Part shown: in pieces, positions 13,456 through 23,481 of the stretch
How positions within the stretch are numbered: position 1 is the first letter of the stretch
Layout: each line of letters begins with the position of its first letter
NCBI RefSeq assembly: GCF_018350175.1
Contig: NC_058368.1
Span: 15,192,001 to 15,256,000 of the forward strand
Origin: Felis catus
Lineage: Eukaryota
Length of the DNA stretch: 64,000 nucleotides
Reading direction: 5' to 3'
Notes under the pieces: generated by a model
What the model was told of the DNA's origin: nothing
Seen by the model: the letters and a program-made list of their open reading frames with translations, nothing else
Databases searched by the model: none
Translations under genes and position numbers: made by a program

Positions 13456-13995
13456 AAAAATTCTGGTATACTGCCATCATTTCTGACCAACAGAATATAA
13501 ACCTGCAGGGATCAAAGAATCCAAGTCTGATTCTTTCTTGGAAAGTGCTTAAAAAACATTTTCAAATTCTTCTTTTATAGACTGTCTTTTTTAGTCATCT
13601 CAAATGCCACTTTCCAACTTTTACAAAAGTCAAACTTTAGAGAAGTCACAAAATTGATAATCGCATTTTCCAAAGTATGATATATTGCCATGAATAGTAT
13701 ATGAAATAAATTTAAGTAATATACAGACTATTTGAGTAGTAATGTATTTTAATATATATTAACAAAAAAATACATCTTTCTCTCAACTTCACAGCTGTTA
13801 TTGGTTAGGATAAAATTAACAAATGAGACATTTAAATTCAAATATTAGGAAAGTTATAGCAGAGATATGAAATTGACAAAAAAGTTGTAAAGATTATACT
13901 TACATAACTAAAGTTTGGGAAAGTTTTATTTTACAATGTCATGATTTCTCTAAGATTAATTACATTCTGGACACCTTGATTGAAAGGCGGTATCC

Positions 13996-14816
13996 CGGGG
14001 CGCCTGGGTGGCTTGGTCGGTTAAGCGTCCGACTTCGGCTCAGGTCATGATCTCACGGTCCGTGAGTTCGAGCCCCATGTCGGGCTCTGTGCTGACAGCT
14101 CAGAGCCTGAAGCCTGTTTCAGATTCTGTATCTCCCTCTCTCTCTGCCCCTCCCCTGTTCATGCTCTGTCTCTGTCTCAAAAAAAAAAAAAAAAAAAAAA
14201 AAAAGGCAGGCGGTATCCCCAAATCTTCTGAAATAAAACCTTATAGACCTTTCTCAGGGTAGATCATTAAGAACTGGAAGACTCATCCACCACAGGCTGA
14301 TTTCACCCAGATTCACTTTCAGGGGGCAACTTATGTCTAAGTTCTAATTAATGGAATAAATGTAATAGGTTTAAAAGGTATATGACAAGTAAAACCAGGG
14401 GAGTGCCTGGGTAGCTCAATTGGTTAAGCGTCTGACTTCAGCTTAGGTCATGATCTCACTGTTCATGAGTTTGAGCCCCATGTCGGGCTCTGTGCTGACA
14501 GCTCAGAGCCTGGAGCCTGTTTCAGATTCTGTGTCTCCCTCTCTCTCTCTCTGCCTCTCCCCCACTCATGCTCTCTCACTGTCAAAAATAAACATTAAAA
14601 ACAAAAATTAAAAAAAAAAAACCTAAAACTAAAACTGGGGCATCTGAGTGGCTCAGTTGGTTGAGCGTTCAATGCTTGGTTTTGGCTCGGGTCAATATTT
14701 CATACCTCATGGGGGCTCACATCAGGCTTTGCACTGACAGCACAGAACGTGCTTGGGACTCTCTCTCCCCCTCTCTGCCCCTCTCCCACTTGCATGCACT
14801 CTCTCACATGCACTCT
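13996..14816 (+). mobile_element. Three CanSINEs (~13996-14203 with TSD aggcggtatccc, ~14398-14620, ~14637-14816 without a tail)
   Basis: Consensus SINE sequence; the first copy has a long pure A tail. Confidence 0.9.
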
Positions 14817-15210
14817 TAATATTCCAATTTAAATGTCTCATTTGTTAATTTTATCCTAACCAAAGGAAATGAAATCTAGGTAACTAGTGCCATAACTAAA
14901 CCAACCACATCATCTGGACTCTGGACAATAGGACCTGCTTTGCTCAAACAGTCATCTCCCTTCTAAGCAAACTCCTTTGTTACACCCAATGTAAACGGAG
15001 TCCTCATTTTGTACCAATGTCCAATCTTTTAAAAATACATTGTTATTGGAACATCACCTTCAGAATACTTCATTAATTCTGTAACAATGCCCTAACATCC
15101 TGTATTTATAGCACCAGTCTTTACTCTTTGACAAAGAGCATCCTGGTAAATTTATCTGCTTGGAATGTTAAAATGCATCTTAAATTATCATCAGAGTCTC
15201 TACTTCTAGA

Positions 15211-15421
15211 CCAAGGTTTCTCAACCTGTGCATGATTAACGTTTTGAGTTAGGTAATTTTTTTATTGACAGAAGCAATACTGTTTAGATGTTTAGCAGTC
15301 CCCCAGCCTCTACCTACTATCTGCCAGGAGCAGTAGCACAATAGCAGTTGTGACAACCAAAAATGTCTCTAGATGTTCCCAAAATGTCCTTGGGTTGGGG
15401 GGTGGGGTTGGGAACCACTGT
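15211..15421. mobile_element. MER20-like hAT DNA transposon
   Basis: ccaaggtttctcaacct...tttagcagtc...gttgtgacaaccaaaaatgtctctagatgttcccaaaatgtcc...gggaaccactg. Confidence 0.8.
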
Positions 15422-15570
15422 TCTATATACTGGGCTGCATCTAGCCCAGATCAACAGCTCAGATGGGGCTTGACAATATTGTGGAAATTTACACATCCAC
15501 ATGAGTTACATAAATCTCTTCTGAAATTGAAGTTATTAGGTTTCTTCTTCAATAAAAAATTGAAATTTTA

Positions 15571-15755
15571 TGGGTACCTGAGTGGCTCAGTCAGTTTTAA
15601 GTGTCCCGATTCTTTATTTCAGCTCAGGTCATGATCTCACAATCCTGAGATCAAGCCCCACATAGGGCTCTCTGCACTGGGCACAGAGCATGCTTAAGAT
15701 TCTCTCTCTCCCTCTGCCCCTCCCCATACGGTCTCTCAGAAAAAGAAAAGAAAGA
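15571..15755 (+). mobile_element. CanSINE (older)
   Basis: gggtacctgagtggctcag head, CT tract, A-rich tail. Confidence 0.85.
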
Positions 15756-15983
15756 ATTCAAATTTTAAGGATGAATGCTTCGATACCCCTCAGGTCCTGT
15801 CATCATAATTTTAAAAGTAAAACACAAGCTTGTATCTTTAAGGGTAATAAATTTCATACAATATATTAAAAAGAACCAGAAAGATCTTTTTACATTTATT
15901 CTCCTGGATACATAATATTGACAAACAAAAATAACGTATTTCATACATATTTCAGATTATGTTTACACCTTTCATTGGCTTAC

Positions 15984-16793
15984 CTGAAGAAACCCAGGAG
16001 GACGGTTTAGAACTGTATCAAGAGAATTATCCAAGAACCTCACAATTCGAAGATACCCTGGATACGAAGGTGCACTAACCTCCCCTGCAGGATTTACAAA
16101 AAAAATCTGTACTCCATTTGGTATCAAAATCAACTCATCTGCATCTAGCCCTAAGGTCTCAAGAGGAGGTGGTTGAGAATGATTCCTATAAAAGTCTTCT
16201 CCAACTGATGAAAATTCCCCAGATTCTGTCCCATAGGATACAGTATAATGACCCTCAGCAGCCTGAGGAGTATAAGCAGGAGGTGCTTCTGCTGGATGAC
16301 TCTGAGATGGTAAGGATAAAGAACTAGATGCAGAAACCAACCCTGGACTTGTTGTTGAAGTGCTTCCATTTACTTCAGTGTGCTGAGAAAGTGCACTAAA
16401 GGAGTGAGGCTCTGGTGACTTTTCAGGTATGTCTTTAGGCGGAAATTCTGGATATAACTTGGGCACCTCCTGGAGATCATTCCGTAGAGAAGTGGCAAGA
16501 CCCTTCTCCAGAATTTCCAATCTGGTACGTACATTCTGTAGTGTTTCTTTCATTTTCTGTTGCATCTGTCTAGCAGATTCCCAACCAGGACCAGTGTGTT
16601 CAGGCTCTGTGGATGAAATGCTGATTCCCCTGAGCAGGTGTCCTATTCCTTGCTTATAGTAGTTCTTTGCTTCTTCCTTCTGACCTAATTCATCTGTATT
16701 CAGTCCTTTATTAACAAATAAAAAGGCCTTTGTGTATGCTTCCTTGATGATCTTAATTTCAGAAGGTTCTCCATTTTGTGGTTCTTGCTCCAT
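15984..16793 (-). CDS. SPART: Spartin first coding exon (exon 2; 810 coding nt, aa 1-270): MIT domain and PPAY motif
   Basis: Translates MEQEPQNGEPSEIKIIKEAYTKAFLFVNKGLNTDELGQKEEAKNYYKQGIGHLLRG...AEAPPAYTPQ...NRPPGFLQ, which is recognisable spartin. Acceptor ttggcag|AA-ATG (exon starts at 16795); donor CAG|GTAAGC at 15983. PPAY at 16283-16272 is codons 171-174. Confidence 0.97.
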
Positions 16794-17014
16794 TTCTGCC
16801 AAACAGAAAATATTATCTTCAATTATCTAATTTAACTATTTGTTTACTGATTATCAATTTCTCCTACCTAAAGATATTTCAAGAAGACAGGAGCTTTGTT
16901 GGTCTGTCTTGTTCACTATTGTACTCCCTAAGCCTAGTATTAGATCTGACATAGAGAAGGCACTCAATATGTATTTGTTGAATAGATAAATAATGCTCGT
17001 TCCTAAATATCTTA

Positions 17015-19140
17015 TTAAAAAAATTTTTTTTAACATTTTGGAGAGACAGAGAGAGACAGAGGTGAGAGGCAGAGAGAGAGGAAGACACAGAATCTGAAGC
17101 AGGCTCCAGGCTCTGAGCTGTCAGCACAGAGCCTGATGCAGAGCTCAAACTCAGGAACCATGAGATCATGACCTGAGCCAAAGTCGGATGCCCAACTGAC
17201 TGAGCCACCCAAGTGCCCCTCTAAATATCTTTTTAATTAAAAACAGAAGAGAACAAGAATATATCTACTGAATAATTTTCTTGTTCCAGTTTCTTCTAAT
17301 AAATAAAAGTTTCCTATCACGTATCTAACGTTAGAACCAAAGAGCTTCATTCTAAAATGTACTATAATACAGATCCAGATTTTAGCCAACTAATTAAAAA
17401 TGAGGTTGAAACACACATTAGAGAGGAGAAAAATGAGAAAAAAATATCTGGATAAATCTTTAAAGTTACCTGCTTCCATTTAAAGGTGTCAAGTTACTCA
17501 CATGTGGTTAGTTCTATTCCCTCCCAAAACTCCATTAAAATAACTCTAACAAGGGGCGCCTGGGTGGCTCAGTGGGTTAAGTGTACAACTTTGCCTCAGA
17601 TCATGATCTCATGGTTCGTGAGTTCGAGCACCACGTTGGGCTCTCTGCTGTCAGCAGAGCCCACTTGAGATCCTGTCTCCATCTCTCTCTGCTCCTCCCC
17701 CGCTCATGCTCTCTCAAAAAATAAACATTAAAAAAATAATTAAAAAATTAACAAGATTAAAAAGGCATAACCTCTCATTCTTGTTAATGAGAAAATGACG
17801 TGAACAGGTACTTCACAAGCATATATTTTTTAATGTTCATTTTTGACAGGAGGAGCTAGTGGGGGGAGGGGCAGAGAGACAGTGGATCTGAAAGGAAGAG
17901 GGCTCTGCAAGAGGGCTCTGCAGGAGGGCTCTGCACGGGAGGGACAACAAGGAGTCCCATGTGGGCTCTTACTCACCGAACCATGAGATCATGACCTGAA
18001 CACAAGTCGGAGGCTCAACCGACCAAGCCACCCAGGTGTCCCCCAAAAAGAGTATTTAAATTTTTTTTTAATGTTTATTTATTTTTGAGACAGAGACAGA
18101 CAGAGCATGAACAGGGGAGGGTCAGAGAGAGAAGGAGGCACAGACTAGGAAATAGGCTCCAGGCTCTGAGCTGTCAGCACAGAGCCTGACGCGGGGCTCG
18201 AACTCACGGAGTGTGAGATCATGACCTGAGCCGAAATCGGCCACTTAACCGACTGAGCCACCCAGGCACCCCAAAGAGTATTTAAATAGCCTATGAAGGG
18301 GAGCATGGGTGGCTTAGTCGGTTAAGCGTCTGACTTCGGCTCAGGTCATGATCTCACAGTCCGTGAGTTCAAGCCCTGCATTGGGCTCTGTGCTGATAGC
18401 TCAGAGCCTGGAGCCTGTTTCAGATTCTGTGTCTCCCTCTCGCTCTTCCCCTCCCCTGTTCATGCTCTGTCTCTCTCTGTCTCAAAAATAAAATAAACGT
18501 TAAAAACATTTTTTTTAAATAAATAGCCTTTCAACGCCTTATCTTGTGCATACCTTCATTTCAAAGCTTATTTTACACAGTGTACTGAAAGATTTCCTGA
18601 AATAATGTGTCTCTGGAAGAAATGGGTTGGCTACTGAGAGGGAAGGCAAGGCATGGGGGTGAGGGGTGGGGGGGGATGGTGTCCAGAGGTCTACAGCTGA
18701 ATAGCATTCCTTGCTGGCACCTCCATCTTGGGGGAGGCGGAGGGGGAGAAGTTTAGCAAGGAAAAACGCCTGGAAATCGATCAGGTGAAATGTAATTGGA
18801 CTCTCTGCACACGGAAAGGAAAACTGTGCGCTAAAATACTGTATTTTTAATTTGGGATTTATCCCAGGATGTTATATTCTCCGTAGTCTCTGAGAAAATG
18901 CATTTCACAGGGGTAGCAACTGCAGAATAGTATTTTTATTTTTTCTAGTGCCTGCTATGGGGTGCCTGGGTTGGGTCAGTTAAGTGTAAGACTACAGACT
19001 CCGGCTCAGGTCATGATCTCACAGTTCTTGAGACAGAGCCCCAAGATGGGCTTGCCCTGACAGCACAGAGCATGCATGGGATTCTCTCTCCCTCTATCTC
19101 ATGCACAAGCACTCTCTCAAACTTAATCTAAAAAAGAAAA
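17015..19140. mobile_element. Cluster of six CanSINEs in SPART intron 1: 17015-17219(-), 17553-17745(+), 17825-18043(-), 18057-18272(-), 18298-18523(+), 18959-19140(+)
   Basis: Consensus heads and tails on both strands. Confidence 0.88.
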
Positions 19141-20789
19141 AGAATTACAAAATGCCTGTCATATCCCTAATCGCAATTAAAAGTTTATCAAAGGCTTGAA
19201 AAAATGAAACGCATTATTGCATGATTTCACTTATTTTAATTTTTAAAGTTTGGAACAGAAAGTCTTCAAAATGTCAATCTGTAGTATTTAATAAAACAGT
19301 ATAATCGTCTTAAAACCGAAACCTGGTTCCAGATACAAGCAGTGCATTTTTTTTTTAACGTTCTAACAAAGTAAGTACAATGTGTGGTGCATGTGTGTAA
19401 GCTTTAAAAAAAATCTCAGGAGAAAAGGTGAAATTCTGAATCAAACAACTAACAACTTAGTTCAATCCCATAAACCCTAAAAGCAGTAACGATCAAGGTA
19501 AAGGTCAACATTACAAGTAGTCTTTAATACAGACGTCGCTCTACTACCCACCTATCTGGCCTTTTACCAAAAAAGGAGGGGGAACTTTACCTGTATGCAA
19601 CGCCCTCCAAAACCATCCCATCCCATTCTCGTCAGGAGAAATATATAAATGATGGTCCACAAGGCCCCACAGGTGAGAAAGAACCCACATAAAAGCTTCC
19701 TGTTTCAAACAGGTTTCCTATAAAAACACCGAATGAGGTTTGATACTGCAATGGAGAGCAATTAAAGAATAGCTCGATTCGTAACCGGGGACCTTACTAT
19801 ATTTTTTCTCGGTTTTGCTTTTGGAAATTTTGAAGAAAAACTGTTGAATTCTGAACTATTTAAAGCAGGATTTCAGAGGCAACAGCAATCTCGAACGCAA
19901 ACCCATTAAAATGACACGGCAACAAAGTTAAGTTTCGAGGATCCTCAAGTGGGAGTAAAGCAATCCACTAGTGGAAAACTGGGCCAACCCTACGGTAACG
20001 CAATAATGCCCCGTCACGAAACAGTGCACATTCCAAGAAAAACTTTCCAGGCACAGAAATTAGGTCAGAAAGATCCTCTGCGGTGCCCAACCTCCAATGA
20101 ACATGAACAAATGTATTCCAAAGAGCAAAATCCTGCGCTCTCCATTCCCATTACAACTGCTGTTGGTTGCTGACATTTTGTAAACAAAGACTACCGAACT
20201 TTCACGAAGCCTAAGTGCTGGGTAAGGGCGAATAACCACAGCCATTTTCGAAGCCAAGTAAACAGAGCGGAATGAGGCAGCAAGAAGGGTCAAAAGAGAC
20301 ATTCCGGGAGGACGACGACCAAAGGGGAGGGGGTGGGAGGCAGCGCTGAGGGCACAGGAAGCGCAGAACTCGCAGGTCCCAGAAATATGTATGATATGGG
20401 GGCTAAGTGAACAACTTCTCAAACTTTTCTCTAGAAATTGGTCCCTTCAACGAAAGTTGCATCTCCTACTTGGAAGAGGGGGTCCGGGCCTTCTCTGTCC
20501 TGCCCCTCCCCCCAGCCCCGTCAGCCCGCGGGGCCCGGGGTGCTCACGCCACCAGCCCGCCTTGGGGGGTCCGCGCCAGGGCGAATCCTTCTCCGCCGGC
20601 CGCCGCCCCACCTGTGCCTTCCAGATCTCGGGCGCTCGGGCGCCACCCGAAGAGCTCCCCGCCCGGCTGCCGCAGGCCAGAGGCCTGCTCCCTCAGACGC
20701 GGCGCGGCGGCGAAGTGCCCGGCCGGGACCGGTCCCGAGGTTCTTCGCGCTTCGCACTAGCGCGCGCGCGACCGCACGACGGAACTCAC

Positions 20790-20900
20790 AAAGCATTCCA
20801 AGTCGCGCGCTCCAGAGCGCGCCACGTCACGCGGCCGCGCCGCCCCGCCCGTCAGCTCTCGCTCCCGCATCAGGGCACTGCGGGTAGGTTTTCGCGTGAC
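20790..20900 (-). other. SPART: Candidate non-coding first exon 1a of SPART (3' end at 20790; 5' end unknown)
   Basis: Consensus-like donor TTT|GTGAGT at 20789 on the minus strand, inside the CpG island. Confidence 0.6.
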
Positions 20901-20963
20901 GCCCGCTCGGGCGCCTCTCTCCCCGCCCCCCTCCCCGGCCCGCCCGGCCTAAGTCCTACCCAC

Positions 20964-21230
20964 CCTGACCTTCTAAATGGTGTGTGCGGAGACGTCCGTC
21001 ACCTTCGAACCCCGGAGTCAAGGCGAAACTCTGTGGGGAGACAAGGGGCGAGGGCGGAAGGCCCCAGAGAACTACGTGAACCAGTCCCTCGCCGCGGACC
21101 CCCGACCCGGGTCTCCGCGGCCACGTCGACAACCCCCGCGCTTGCGCAATATCTTCTGCCTCCCCCGCCGCCCCCCCCCCCCCTCCGCGGACCCAAGGCT
21201 GCCGGAGAGGCTAGGAGAGAGTGGTGGGCA
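20964..21230 (-). other. SPART: Candidate alternative first exon 1b of SPART (5' end unknown)
   Basis: Donor AGG|GTGGGT at 20963 (alternative TGG|GTAGGA at 20959) on the minus strand, downstream of the ETS and E-box motifs. Confidence 0.4.
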
Positions 21231-22269
21231 GGGACGGAAGTCACGGCTAGAGGGAGCCCTGCGCGCGGTGCACGTGCGAGAACAAAGGCCGATTCTCTCC
21301 GCTCTTCTGGAGCCTGGGCTTTGTGACTCCTGTATTCTAAGACCGTTGCCTCCCAAAGTCCACGTACGCTACGTGGTAAAAGTCTCGGGGTGTGTAATCT
21401 AGCAGTATGGTACAAAATGTTAAATTCCTGACACGTCAGGATACAGAGCAACGGTGCTAATACTTCTTACGACTGTGAGAGGCTAAAAGGGGAACGGCAA
21501 AGTGAACATACCTTACCTTTCTTCAAGACCTCTTTAAAATTAGTAAAATAGTGTGGACGCCAGATTTTAAACTCTTCGATCGGACTGCCTTTAAAAAACT
21601 GCATGTATAATGCCCTTAGCCTTTACAGCTAGTGACTTGTTTAGGGATGGCAGTGACTTACCTCCAAATGTATTCTTTACCTCAGTCAAAATTAGAGGAC
21701 TGCTGGATGACCACTGGGTGAGGCTTTTAAATTAGGGGCCATTTGGGAGGTTCCCCAAATTGAAGAAAGGTTAACAGTCATCCCAAAGAGAAAAACCTGT
21801 TAGGAAGATACACATTAATACGATGGTTTAAAGGATTTTGTGCGTACACATCTTCAAAGAATTCTGGAAAAAATGTGACTGTGTACCTTCTCCCTCTTTT
21901 TATACGGACCATAAAAATTTTCATCTTAAACAGTTGCAAAAGATGCAAATTGTTTTACTGTAAATTGACATTTTTAAATAAAACTGTAACATGTAACAGT
22001 TTTAAATGTAGCCAGTGAAACTCAAATACCAGGTAATTTGGTATCGTTCACCAATTTTTAAAACCGCATTAACAAGCTTCTCTTTAATGGGAAATTTTAC
22101 ATCATTCCTTTTCTTCCTGAAACTGTATTTCCATATTTCCTCATAAAATTTTCTCTCAATATAGTATCTCTTTCTTCTGGAAAGGCTTTTATTGATCATC
22201 TATTACACTTCTCTGCATCATAAATAAGTACATAAATTTAAATCTAATTTTATTTTTTCAAAGGAAAGT

Positions 22270-22672
22270 ATTTTCTATTTTAATTTTTTGAGAAAGACAC
22301 AGAATGGGTCGGGGGAGGGAAGAGAGGGGCAGAGGGAGAGAGAGGGAACCCAAACAGGCTCGGTGCAGAAGCCCAAACCACCTCAGGACCATGACCTGAG
22401 CTGAAATCAAGAGTCAGACACTTGGGGTGCCTGAGTGGCTCAGTAAGTGTCCGACTCCTGGTTTCAGCTCAGGTCATGATCTCAACGTTTCTGAGTTGGA
22501 GCCCAGCATCAGGCCCTGTGCTGATAGTGAGGAGGCTGCTTCGGATTCTCTCTGTCTCCCTGCCTCCCTACCCTGCTGGCACTGTCTCTCTCTTTCTCTC
22601 TCAAAATAAAAAATAAACTTAAAAAAAAAAAAAAAGTCGGTCATTCAACCAACTGAGCCACCCAGGCACCCC
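22270..22672 (-). mobile_element. CanSINE (-) with a second CanSINE (+, ~22423-22635) nested in its head region
   Basis: The minus-strand SINE body breaks at aagagtcagacactt and resumes as aagtcggtcattcaaccaactgagccacccaggcacccc after a complete plus-strand SINE. Confidence 0.8.
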
Positions 22673-22851
22673 ATTTAAATCTAATTTTATAATTTTGCAA
22701 TAGTCGTAAAAGTTAAAGTGTTTAAAAATGTGAAAATATACAAGATCGTTATATATAAAAACCCTAAAATATACTACAAAGCAACTAAAACTAATCAAGT
22801 ACATCAAGGTTGCAGGATAAAAGATCAGCATACAGAACTCAATAGTATTTC

Positions 22852-23080
22852 TTTTTTCAACGTTTTTTTTTTTAATTTATTTATTTATTTATTTTTGGGA
22901 CAGAGAGAGACAGAGCATGAACGGGGGAGGGGCAGAGAGAAAGGGAGACACAGAATCGGAAACAGGCTCCAGGCTCTGAGCCATCAGCCCAGAGCCTGAT
23001 GCAGGGCTCGAACTCCCGGACCGCGAGATCGTGACCTGGCTGAAGTCGGACGCTTAACCAACTGCGCCACCCAGGCACCC
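22852..23080 (-). mobile_element. Young felid SINE (SINEC_Fc type) with TSD agaactcaatagtatttct
   Basis: Reverse-complement Fc consensus, flanked on both sides by the repeat. Confidence 0.93.
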
Positions 23081-23481
23081 CAGAACTCAATAGTATTTCT
23101 AAACACTAGCAATGAATGCTCCAAATATGAAATTAAGAATTTCATTGACAATATTATCAAGAGCGAAATACCTTGGAATAAATTTAACAAAATAAGTGCA
23201 AGACTTGTACACCAAAAACTACAAAACATTGCTAAAAGGGTTTATAGAAGATCTAAATAAATGGAAAGACATCCTACATTCATAGACTGCAAGATTTTAT
23301 ATTGTTATAATGGCAATATTCCCCAAACTAATCTATAGATAGAAGATAACCCCTACCCAAATCCCAGACAATTATTGTGCAGAAATTGGGAAACTAATCC
23401 TAACTCCTATGGAAATGCAAAGGAGCCAGAATAGACAAAACAATCTTGAAAAAGACGAACAAAAGTGGAGGATTTACCCTT

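Larger units (their letters stand above)
20300..21450. promoter_or_regulatory. CpG island, proximal promoter of SPART
   Basis: Only strongly GC/CpG-rich segment in the window, ~4 kb upstream of the first coding exon. Contains a GC box (20921-20930), CCACGTCA (20822-20829), TTGCGCAA (21142-21149), CGGAAGT (21235-21241) and CACGTG (21271-21276). Confidence 0.92.

Noticed and set aside
13126..14262. Recurrent short ORFs of the type MAQSVKRPTSAQVMIS..., here and across the window
   Set aside because: Translations of CanSINE consensus sequence, not a gene family.
15972..16802. ORF-track 276-aa protein starting MAEMEQ and ending VSQ
   Set aside because: The track starts at an intronic TTG and reads through the donor; the supported coding part is 16793-15984.
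18654..18748. G-run cluster (potential G-quadruplex) in intron 1
   Set aside because: Such motifs are common, and nothing else in the sequence supports a function.
20060..21451. Several long overlapping ORFs on both strands (up to 311 aa)
   Set aside because: Pro/Arg/Gly/Ala-rich with no recognisable domain; expected from stop-codon scarcity in a CpG island.
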